NCBI GenBank assembly: GCA_963665125.2 | Contig: CAXXUK010000001.1 | Span: forward strand, 1,120,001 to 1,184,000 | Direction of reading: 5' to 3' | Source of the DNA: an uncultured Desulfarculus sp. | GTDB lineage: Bacteria; Desulfobacterota; Desulfarculia; Desulfarculales; Desulfarculaceae | Length of the DNA: 64,000 bases | In this document: positions 39,231 to 47,402 of the stretch, in pieces | Layout of the letters: every line of letters begins with the position of its first letter | Position numbering within the stretch: position 1 is the first letter of the stretch | Program-made: the position numbers and the translations under genes | The notes under the pieces: generated by a model | What the model was told of the DNA's origin: nothing | Databases searched by the model: none | Seen by the model: only the letters and a program-made list of their open reading frames with translations

Positions 39231-40421
39231 ATGATAATGGCCGAAAGCGTATTGGTTGAAAAGTTCAAGGAAGGCTACGCCGCCGTATTTGACAACAACT
39301 GGCCCCTATGGATCGGAGGTCTGTTCCTGGCCCTGCTGGGGATCCTGTGCATGGTGGCCGGGCGCCCCTGGGGCGTTGCCGGCGGCCTTCGCGTATGGGG
39401 AGACTGGTTCTTTTACGGCATTGGTCTTTACGGCCAAGCTCCAACTAAGGCCCTGTTTCTCAGCGACGCGTCGATTCTCACCTGGGGCCTGCTGTTCGGG
39501 GCGTTTGGCTCCGCGCTTTTGTCCAAACAGTTCGCCCTGCGCATGGCGCCCAACCTGGAGCTGATCAAGGGCGTGGTCGGCGGCATCCTCATGGGCATCG
39601 GTTCGGTCTTTGCCGGCGGGTGCAACGTGGGTGGTTTCTACAGCGCCCTGGCCGCTGGCAGCGTCAGCGGCTTCGGCATGATGATCGGGCTGATCCTTGG
39701 CGCTATTATCGGCCTGAAGTACCTTCTGTGGGAGATCGAACACATCCCCACCAAACCGCCCAAACAAAAGCCGCCCAAGGCCGAGAATGCCTTTGACTGG
39801 TACAAGGTGCAACCATGGCTGGGCGCGGGTTTCTTTGTCCTGCTCATCGGCTACGGCTACTGCCTGGGCCTACGGGCCTATGCCCATGAAGCCCAGCTGC
39901 TCATGCTGGCCGTGGCCATCGGCCTGGTGATCCAGCGCTGCCGTTTCTGCTTCGTGCGTTCGTTCCGCGATCCGTTCATGACCGGCGAGGCCGAGGCCAC
40001 CCGGGCCGTAGCCTTCAGCGTTATCGTCAGCGTTCTGGGCTTCTTCCTGGTCAAGTGGTACAACTCCGACCTGGCGTTGGTCTATACCTATCATCACTGG
40101 ATCGGCGGCCTGGTGGGCGGCCTGATTTTCGGCATCGGCATGCTCCTGGCGGGCGGCTGCGGCTCCGGCTCGGTGTGGCGCGCCGGTGAGGGCCACATCA
40201 AGCTTATCATCGCGGTGATCTTCTTCGCCCTGTCCAACAGCTTGTTCAAGGAGTACGTCTTCACCAACAAAGTCGCGGCGTCCTGGGGCAAGAGCGGCCT
40301 GTTCCTGCCCGACCTGGTGGGCGGATACTTCTGGGCCATCCTGCTCACGGCGGGCGTGATGCTCGTTTGGTGGGCGATCATGGCTTGGAACGAGGAAACC
40401 GACAAACTGACGCTTGTTTAG
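39231..40421 (+). CDS. YeeE/YedE-family sulfur (thiosulfate) transporter
   Basis: GGILMGIG..AGGCNVG, QRCRFCF, FGIGMLLAGGCGSG; multiple TM helices. Confidence 0.9.
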   Translation: MIMAESVLVEKFKEGYAAVFDNNWPLWIGGLFLALLGILCMVAGRPWGVAGGLRVWGDWFFYGIGLYGQAPTKALFLSDASILTWGLLFGAFGSALLSKQFALRMAPNLELIKGVVGGILMGIGSVFAGGCNVGGFYSALAAGSVSGFGMMIGLILGAIIGLKYLLWEIEHIPTKPPKQKPPKAENAFDWYKVQPWLGAGFFVLLIGYGYCLGLRAYAHEAQLLMLAVAIGLVIQRCRFCFVRSFRDPFMTGEAEATRAVAFSVIVSVLGFFLVKWYNSDLALVYTYHHWIGGLVGGLIFGIGMLLAGGCGSGSVWRAGEGHIKLIIAVIFFALSNSLFKEYVFTNKVAASWGKSGLFLPDLVGGYFWAILLTAGVMLVWWAIMAWNEETDKLTLV

Positions 40422-40509
40422 TGTGAAATAAGAATCATTCGCCAACAGCGATGTGATTCGGTAGTATATGAAAAAGTGACCTGAGCAAATCTAGCCAAGG
40501 AGTAAAGAT

Positions 40510-40746
40510 ATGGCTGAGTGGACCCCTGATGAGGTATTGGATGCCCGCGGGCTGACCTGCCCCATGCCCATCCTCAAGACCAAAAAGCTGATCAAAAACA
40601 TGAAACCGGGCCAAATCCTGGAGATCCAAGGCACCGACCCCGGAACCCGCAACGACCTTCCCGCCTTTACCTCCCGCTCCGGCGACGAATACCTGGGCGA
40701 GGAAGAGCGTGACGGCTACATCAGCTTCTTCCTCAAAAAGGGCTAA
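40510..40746 (+). CDS. TusA/YeeD-family sulfur carrier
   Basis: LDARGLTCPMP, TDPG. Confidence 0.92.
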   Translation: MAEWTPDEVLDARGLTCPMPILKTKKLIKNMKPGQILEIQGTDPGTRNDLPAFTSRSGDEYLGEEERDGYISFFLKKG

Positions 40747-40769
40747 TCGCTCGACATATTCAGCGATTC

Positions 40770-40806
40770 AGCGGGGATCGGCAAAACGCCGGTCCCCGCT
40801 GCTTTT
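40770..40806. terminator. hairpin terminator after tusA-like gene
   Basis: AGCGGGGATCGGC...GCCGGTCCCCGCT followed by GCTTTT, between convergent genes. Confidence 0.6.
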
Positions 40807-41209
40807 ATTCATAGAGCTTCAGGTGGGTGTGTTCCTTGCCCAGGAAAAAGCTGGTCTGGGCCACCTTGTCGGCCCGCTTGGAAAAGCTGATCACGATCTT
40901 GTGGGGGCAATCGACCCACTCCAGGTTTTTCAGACGGGGCAACTCCACCAGGGCATCGACAACAAAGGCAATTTCTACCTTGGGCGTCTCGCCGGACGCG
41001 TCTACGCCCACCAGATCGATGACGTCCCTGGTGCTGCGGGGCGGTCTCCAGCCCATCAGCGGAACGAGGCCCATGTCCCGCACGGCCCCGGCCAGAAAGC
41101 AAACCAGGCCGCGTCTGATCACCTCGTCCTGCACCATGACCTCAGGTATTGTCTCGATATGTTGGCGCATGGCCCCGGCCAACGCTTGCAGCTTATCGTT
41201 CATATTCAA
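40805..41209 (-). CDS. hypothetical protein
   Basis: 134-aa ORF with GGAGG RBS. Confidence 0.65.
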   Translation of the reverse strand: MNMNDKLQALAGAMRQHIETIPEVMVQDEVIRRGLVCFLAGAVRDMGLVPLMGWRPPRSTRDVIDLVGVDASGETPKVEIAFVVDALVELPRLKNLEWVDCPHKIVISFSKRADKVAQTSFFLGKEHTHLKLYE

Positions 41210-41251
41210 GCCTCCACTTGCCTCTGGCGCGTATTTGGTCCAAGCTAACCC

Positions 41252-43405
41252 ATGAGCAAGCGCCAGTCAAAGACAAGATTTAGCGGCCATTGGGCATTGT
41301 GGTATGGGTTTGGCGCATTGCTTCTGTTTCTGGCGGCGTTGGCCGTCTGGCTTCAGGAGGCCGCCCGGCCCTGGCAGGACGAAGTGGGGGCCATAAACCT
41401 GCGGCGCGGCCGGATCACCGAAACACGGCTGCGGGAGGCAGGGGTGCCGGAGGAACGAGCCGCCGCCCTGGGCCGGGAACTGGCCAGCGAGGCGCCCCAG
41501 GTGTTGGAGATCGTCCCCACCCTCACCGGCAAGCCCGAGCGCTGCCTGAGCTGTCACAAGGGCATTGAGCCCATCAGCGACTCCCACCCAACCGAGGCAT
41601 TCGGTTGCGTCATCTGCCACGGCGGCAACGGCCTGGGCCTGACCAAGGCCCAAGCCCATAAGGGCCTTCGTGGCCGCAACCCGTCCAGCTTTGAAACTGT
41701 TCATGATTCATGCGGCGGCGGGCCCAACGGGGCGAGCTGCCACGCCAACCGCGAAACAGCCGCGGCCAACACCATCAGCCGCACCAGGCGCGGAGTCATG
41801 TCAACCATGACCGGCGTATTGACCAGCCTGCGGGTCTCCTGGGGCGCCCAGGATGATTTCAAGGCCCGTTACGGTACCATTGACGTAAACAACCCCGAGG
41901 CGGGCCAAACCCTGCCGCCGGGAGCCCTGGCCCGCATCGAAAAGGTAGGGCCGGGCGCCTCCAATGGCCGGGAAATGAAAGACTTTGCCGACGAGCAGTG
42001 GCGCAAGTTCTGCGCCCGCTGCCATCTGAACGCCGACCGAGACAAGGGCAAGAGCGTTCATGGCCGGGGCTGCGCGGCCTGCCACGGAGTGCGTGATGAA
42101 TCCGGCCTCTACCAGGACCTGGACGCGGCCATCGAGCGCAACGAGCCGGGACACGCCAAACGCCACCGCCTTTCGCCAACGCCGCCGGTTGACAATTGCC
42201 TGCGCTGCCACAACCGTAGCGGTCGTATCGGCCTGAATTTTTACGGCTGGATGGAAGACGAATCCGGCCGGGTGCCCTGGCCCAACGGCGACCAGCAGAA
42301 CCACCTCAGCGGCGGGCGCTCGGTGCGCAGCCTGCTGCCCGACGCGCACGCTGAAAAAGGCATGACCTGCATTGATTGCCACACCTCGGCCGAAGTCATG
42401 GGCGATGGTAACATCTACGGCCGCATGCGCTTCCAGACCGAGGTGCGCTGCGCCTCCTGCCACGGCGCGCCGGGCAAGCCTGTGTCATTTGGCCAGCCAA
42501 ACCGGGACACGGCCTATGAACTGCGCTACGGCCCGTTGAAGGCCGCGCCCAACCTGCGGCCCGGCCAGGTTCTGGCCCTCAGCGCCAAAAACAGGCCCCT
42601 GGCCAATGTGCGCCAAACAGGCCACGATGTCCTGGTGTATTCCAAGAGTTCGCCCGGCAAGACACACAAGGCCGCCCAGATTAATGCCGATCCGGCCCAC
42701 GACATCCCCGGCCATGAGCGCCTGGCCTGTCAGGCCTGCCACAGCCGCTGGACGCCCCAGTGTTTTGGATGCCACGATTACCGCGATGATGATGGGGGGC
42801 AAATGTGGGACTATGCCGAAAACAGGCCCACGCCCGGCGTATGGCGCGAATCGCGGGACCTCTACCGCTTTAACAAGACCGTGCTGGGCCTGGACTCGCG
42901 CGGCCAAATCAGGCCCTTCGCGCCCGGCTGCCAGGCCATGCTCAGCGTCAACGGGCAAGGCAAGCCGCAGATATCAACCAGCGGCCCGGCGGGCGGCAGC
43001 CTCGTCTATACGCCGGTATCGCCACATACATCCCGGCGGGAGGTGCGGCCCTGCCGTTCCTGCCACCTTGATCCGGCCGTGTTGGGCCGGGGCGGCGGCC
43101 CGGTGGCGATCGGACAAATGGAGGCCGGCAACATTGCCGATCTTGGCGGCTTTGGCCTTGATTGTGACTGGGATAAGCTGGCCAACTCCGAGGGTCAACC
43201 CTTGCAGGCCCAGACCCACCAGGGAGCCCGGCCTTTGAACAATGCCGAGGTGGCGCGGGTGCTGCGTTTCGGCAAGTGCCTAGCCTGCCACGAAAAGCCA
43301 ACCGACCCTGTTGTGCGGGACCCGGCCAAGGCCTACAAACGCATCGCCAGGGACGGCGATCACTACCAAAAGCACAAGCTCCAGGTGGAGAAGGCCCTGA
43401 AATGA
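41252..43405 (+). CDS. membrane-anchored multiheme cytochrome c (11 CxxCH plus one CX8CH)
   Basis: N-terminal TM; CLSCH, CVICH, CARCH, CAACH, CLRCH, CIDCH, CASCH, CQACH, CFGCH, CRSCH, CLACH. Confidence 0.92.
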   Translation: MSKRQSKTRFSGHWALWYGFGALLLFLAALAVWLQEAARPWQDEVGAINLRRGRITETRLREAGVPEERAAALGRELASEAPQVLEIVPTLTGKPERCLSCHKGIEPISDSHPTEAFGCVICHGGNGLGLTKAQAHKGLRGRNPSSFETVHDSCGGGPNGASCHANRETAAANTISRTRRGVMSTMTGVLTSLRVSWGAQDDFKARYGTIDVNNPEAGQTLPPGALARIEKVGPGASNGREMKDFADEQWRKFCARCHLNADRDKGKSVHGRGCAACHGVRDESGLYQDLDAAIERNEPGHAKRHRLSPTPPVDNCLRCHNRSGRIGLNFYGWMEDESGRVPWPNGDQQNHLSGGRSVRSLLPDAHAEKGMTCIDCHTSAEVMGDGNIYGRMRFQTEVRCASCHGAPGKPVSFGQPNRDTAYELRYGPLKAAPNLRPGQVLALSAKNRPLANVRQTGHDVLVYSKSSPGKTHKAAQINADPAHDIPGHERLACQACHSRWTPQCFGCHDYRDDDGGQMWDYAENRPTPGVWRESRDLYRFNKTVLGLDSRGQIRPFAPGCQAMLSVNGQGKPQISTSGPAGGSLVYTPVSPHTSRREVRPCRSCHLDPAVLGRGGGPVAIGQMEAGNIADLGGFGLDCDWDKLANSEGQPLQAQTHQGARPLNNAEVARVLRFGKCLACHEKPTDPVVRDPAKAYKRIARDGDHYQKHKLQVEKALK

Positions 43406-45177
43406 AGCGTCTGCTGATCATATGCGCCGTATTGGCCCTGTGCTTGCCCGTGGGCTCCCCTGCCGCCGTTAAAGGGTGCACGGCCTGCCATGGGGGAATT
43501 GTCTCGCCCATGCCCGCCGCTGGCGGCCCCAAGCTGGCCTGTATCCAGTGCCACGGCGGCGACAGCGCGGCGGCGGACGCCGAAAACGCCCATAAGGCCA
43601 TGAGAGCCAACCCTTCGGACCTGGAGCATGTAGACGTCACCTGCGGCCAGTGCCATCCCAAATGGGCCGCCAGGATCAAACGTTCACCCATGGCCACGGC
43701 AGTGGGCCTGATCAACCAGACGCGTTATCTATGGGGCGCACATGCCGAGCCAAAGCCGCGATTCGCCGCCCGCGCGGGAGGAGACTTGACCGCCCTGCCC
43801 CATCCAAAACAAAGCGGCCAAGACGTGGACGACCTGCTCAGGCGGCGTTGCCTGCGCTGTCATTTGGGCGCGGCCGATGAATCACAAAACCGTTCGGCGG
43901 GCTGCGCGGCCTGTCACCGGTCAATGGCCGGAGCCGACGGCAAGCGGTCGCATGCCCTGCGCAAGGCCGTGCCGGTTGGGCAATGCCAGGCTTGCCACGC
44001 CGATTGCGGGGCCGGGGCCCAATTCAGCGGACTCATGCCTCGCGACGCCCATCGCTCGGCCCGCTTCGACGCCAATAACCCGCATAAGCCGAACCTGTGG
44101 CAGGGCCGCGCCTGGCGAAGAATGACCCCGGACGCCCATTTCAAGGCTGGCATGGCCTGCATCGATTGCCATGTTGCCGATGAAATAATGGGCGATGGCC
44201 AAATCCGCCAGGCCGGGCTGCTGCACGTGGGTCTTCGCTGCACATCCTGCCACGGCAGACCGGGCAAGCCGCCGGCAAAGCCAGTAACCAGCCGCGGCGC
44301 ACCGATTAAGAGCCTTATTATCGCTAAGGACGGCGTAAAGCTTAAAACCAAGCTCTCTGGCAAGGTGCTGCCAGTGCCGCTGCTCAAGACCGGCCCGGGC
44401 GCGCCCATAGCCCACGTTGCGCCGGGCCATGAGCGCGTGGCCTGCCATGCCTGCCACAACTACGCCAACCCGGCCGTGTGGGGTCTGCAAGTGCTCAGGG
44501 AAACCCGACCTCAATATGGGCAATGGCGAGAAATAGCGGCCCAGGGCGACCCGCAGGTCTGGGACCTGATTATTGATCAACTGGCCTTGCCGCCCGAAAG
44601 GCGCATTCCGCCGCAAACCAGGGATCATTTAAGCGGAGAGATGCGGCCCGGCGTGTGGCTGGTGTCGCCGTTTTTCCGGCGCTTCGAGTGGCGGGTTTAC
44701 GGGCTGGGGCCCGGCGGGCGCACCTTCCTGCTCTCGCCGCGCTATCAGTACGTTGTTACGACGTTAGGCAAAGACGGTAAGGCCATTAAAAAGGCCGAGA
44801 TCCCCAAACCCGGCCTGGGAATGACGCCGTGGCATTCCCACACCGTGGCCAAGCCCACCATTAACTGCATCGCCTGCCACGGCAATGCCGAGGCTATCGG
44901 TCTGGGGCTCACCTTTGACGCTCAGCCCGGCGCGGACGGCAAGCCAAAGCTGGCTCCCGAGCTTTGGCTGCCCCGCAGCGAGGGTCTGGGCCTTGATCAC
45001 GGCTGGACCCAGGTGGTTGATATAAAGGGCGAGCCTTTGCAGGCGTTATTGGTGGATGGGTCGAGGCCCTATAACGAAAAAGAACTGAAGATGCTCCTGA
45101 GGCCGGGCAAGACGTACACCCGCTGGCTACTCAGGGCCTTGGAGCAGCGCTATCCCGAACCGAATCAGGCCCAATAG
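43402..45177 (+). CDS. periplasmic multiheme cytochrome c (10 CxxCH)
   Basis: ATG overlaps upstream TGA; signal peptide; CTACH, CIQCH, CGQCH, CLRCH, CAACH, CQACH, CIDCH, CTSCH, CHACH, CIACH. Confidence 0.92.
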   Translation: MKRLLIICAVLALCLPVGSPAAVKGCTACHGGIVSPMPAAGGPKLACIQCHGGDSAAADAENAHKAMRANPSDLEHVDVTCGQCHPKWAARIKRSPMATAVGLINQTRYLWGAHAEPKPRFAARAGGDLTALPHPKQSGQDVDDLLRRRCLRCHLGAADESQNRSAGCAACHRSMAGADGKRSHALRKAVPVGQCQACHADCGAGAQFSGLMPRDAHRSARFDANNPHKPNLWQGRAWRRMTPDAHFKAGMACIDCHVADEIMGDGQIRQAGLLHVGLRCTSCHGRPGKPPAKPVTSRGAPIKSLIIAKDGVKLKTKLSGKVLPVPLLKTGPGAPIAHVAPGHERVACHACHNYANPAVWGLQVLRETRPQYGQWREIAAQGDPQVWDLIIDQLALPPERRIPPQTRDHLSGEMRPGVWLVSPFFRRFEWRVYGLGPGGRTFLLSPRYQYVVTTLGKDGKAIKKAEIPKPGLGMTPWHSHTVAKPTINCIACHGNAEAIGLGLTFDAQPGADGKPKLAPELWLPRSEGLGLDHGWTQVVDIKGEPLQALLVDGSRPYNEKELKMLLRPGKTYTRWLLRALEQRYPEPNQAQ

Positions 45178-45536
45178 CCCCAGACGGTAAGCCCGATCCA
45201 GGCGGTCAGAATGGCCCAGGCGATCCACTCTGCCCAAGCCGGTCGGCGGGCCCGGGGCGTGGGTAGGCCTTGTTCCTTGGCCAGCCAGGGCAGCGCCCCT
45301 AGCCAACCCAACGCCGCCAGGGGCAGCACCAACCCGCCCCACAACGGATCGGCCAGGCGCAGTACCTGTTGCAGGCCCACGAAAATCCACGGCGCATGGG
45401 CTTGGGCGGCTGCCGCTCCGCCCACCGGCTCCAGGGGATACAGAGCGGCCCCGGCCACGATGGCGGCCAGGCCGATCAGCAGGGCCAGGCCTTCCTTGGC
45501 TAAAAGTGTCTGGCGGGTTTGAGGGCTGTTTTCCAT
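45165..45536 (-). CDS. cytochrome b/b6 C-terminal (subunit IV-like) membrane protein
   Basis: Three TM helices; HAPWIFVGLQQVL at the PEWY-equivalent position; LPWL. Confidence 0.7.
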   Translation of the reverse strand: MENSPQTRQTLLAKEGLALLIGLAAIVAGAALYPLEPVGGAAAAQAHAPWIFVGLQQVLRLADPLWGGLVLPLAALGWLGALPWLAKEQGLPTPRARRPAWAEWIAWAILTAWIGLTVWGYWA

Positions 45537-45602
45537 GAATATAAACATACGGCCAAGCACGGCGGGCTTGCAACCGGCATTGCGGGCGATTATGGTTGAT
45601 TC

Positions 45603-46082
45603 ATGGCAGATGTCCACACCAATAACGGCCAGACCCGCCGATCATGGCTCAAACAGGCCCCCTGGGCGGCCTGGGGCCTGATCACGGCAGCCGTGGCCCT
45701 GCTCAGCGGCTCGGCGTTCCGCCTGTTGGCCCATGGCCCGGCGGCCGACGCCAACCTGGCCCCGGTGGACATGGGCCCTGTGGCCGACATCAAGCCCGGC
45801 CAAGTGCTGACCAAGGGCCATGCCGCCGTAACCCGCGACGACCAGGGCATCCTGGCTCTGCGCCTGGCCTGCCCTCACCTGGGCTGCGCCCCGGACTATG
45901 ACAGGGCCAAGGGCCAATTCCTCTGCCCCTGCCATGGCTCTCGTTTCGCCGCCGACGGCGCATTGCTTCAGGGCCCGGCCAAGAGCGGTCTACCGGCCGT
46001 GGCCGTGCATGTGGACAAACAGGGCCACCTTATAGTCAAACCGTCCCAGGAAGCCGACCCCGGCCAAAGGTTGCAGGTCTAG
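45603..46082 (+). CDS. Rieske [2Fe-2S] protein
   Basis: TRRSWLK Tat-like anchor; CPHLGC and CPCHGS boxes; GPA. Confidence 0.92.
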   Translation: MADVHTNNGQTRRSWLKQAPWAAWGLITAAVALLSGSAFRLLAHGPAADANLAPVDMGPVADIKPGQVLTKGHAAVTRDDQGILALRLACPHLGCAPDYDRAKGQFLCPCHGSRFAADGALLQGPAKSGLPAVAVHVDKQGHLIVKPSQEADPGQRLQV

Positions 46083-46084
46083 GC

Positions 46085-46711
46085 ATGGCCAAACCTGGAT
46101 TTCTGGAACACCTACACCCTCCCCGCCTGGATGAGCGCCGCATCCGCTTCAGCCATACGTTTTGCCTGGGAGGTCTAAGCTTTTTTTTGTTTCTGGTGCT
46201 GGCCCTAAGCGGCGGGCTGCTCATGTTCGTCTACACGCCCACGCCCCAGGGCGCATCCAATTTTTTCGCCCTGGAGGCGGGCAACCTGCCCTTCGGTTGG
46301 TTCTTCCGGCGGGTGCACTGGCTGGCGGGCCAGGCCATGGTCATCACCGTGCTGCTGCACATGGCGCGGGTTTTGATCACCGGCGCCCATTTGCCGCCCA
46401 GGGCATCGAATTGGGTGGTTGGGCTGGGGCTGTTGGTCCTGACCCTGGCCATGGACCTGAGCGGCTATATCCTGCGCTGGGACCCGGCCACCCAATCCGC
46501 GGTCATGGTCAGCGCCTCGCTCGTCGGCGAGATCCCCCTGGTGGGCGACCTGCTTAAGCGCCTGCTCTTGGGCGGCCAGAGCCTGGGCCCGCCCGCCCTG
46601 TTGCGCTTTTATGTTCTGCACTGCCTGGCCCTGCCGCTGTTGGCCTTTTGCCTGTGCCTGTATCATTTCTGGCGCATCCGCCGGGACGGCAGGCAGCTGT
46701 CTGGTCTTTAA
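46085..46711 (+). CDS. cytochrome b6-like N-terminal subunit
   Basis: FCLGG, RRVH...LLHMARV, RFYVLH...LYHF (four heme-b histidines). Confidence 0.9.
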   Translation: MAKPGFLEHLHPPRLDERRIRFSHTFCLGGLSFFLFLVLALSGGLLMFVYTPTPQGASNFFALEAGNLPFGWFFRRVHWLAGQAMVITVLLHMARVLITGAHLPPRASNWVVGLGLLVLTLAMDLSGYILRWDPATQSAVMVSASLVGEIPLVGDLLKRLLLGGQSLGPPALLRFYVLHCLALPLLAFCLCLYHFWRIRRDGRQLSGL

Positions 46712-46809
46712 ACCTACCTGTTAAACAAAACCATAACAGACCAATACTAAATACAAAAGCCCGGCCACATGTTGCAGCTGGGCTCTTGGTTTATTGCTGA
46801 TTTTTGGGC

Positions 46810-47400
46810 TTAGGCCTTGGCCGCCTCGTAGCCCAAGTCAAAGGCCGCGATGTTGGCATCGGCGAACTTGGCCTTGGTCTTGGCCCGGATAACATCCTTC
46901 ATCTTTTCCACCGGCACGGGCATGTCGGCCGCCGCGAACAGCGAACCCAGCATTACCATGTTCAGGCTCAGGGGGTTCTTGGCCTGCTCGGCCAGGGCCT
47001 GGCCGTCAAAGGAAACGACCTTGGCCACCTTGGATTTCAGGTACTTAATTCCCTCGTCCGGGTCAGGGTACGCGGCTTGGCCCGTGGCCACGGTGAATGG
47101 CGGAAGCGGCCTGGTGCTGAGGATGACAAGGCTGTCGGTGCGGGCCTTGTCCAACAGACGCAGGGCCTCGGCAGGCTCGAAGGCCACCAGCACGTCGGCT
47201 TCTCCCTGGCTGACGATGGGGCTCTTGGGGCCGCCCAGGATCACCGCCGATTCAACCACGCCGCCGCGCTGGGCCATGCCGTGGATCTCGCTGACCACCG
47301 CGGGCACTCCGACCTCCACGGCGGCCTGGCCCAACAGATTACTGGCCAGCAGGTTGCCCTGGCCGCCAACACCCACAAAAACAATGCGCAGTGTCTTCAT
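46810..47400 (-). CDS. iorB: indolepyruvate:ferredoxin oxidoreductase beta subunit
   Basis: GVGGQG, SEIHGMAQRGGVV, NMVMLG. Confidence 0.9.
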   Translation of the reverse strand: MKTLRIVFVGVGGQGNLLASNLLGQAAVEVGVPAVVSEIHGMAQRGGVVESAVILGGPKSPIVSQGEADVLVAFEPAEALRLLDKARTDSLVILSTRPLPPFTVATGQAAYPDPDEGIKYLKSKVAKVVSFDGQALAEQAKNPLSLNMVMLGSLFAAADMPVPVEKMKDVIRAKTKAKFADANIAAFDLGYEAAKA

Positions 47401-47402
47401 GA

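Noticed and set aside
45165..45602. Invertible (phase-variable) segment around the inverted subunit IV-like gene
   Set aside because: No flanking inverted repeats or recombinase seen
39231..46711. Selenocysteine recoding in the YeeE/TusA/cytochrome locus
   Set aside because: Key residues are ordinary Cys codons and no in-frame TGA splits a recognisable domain
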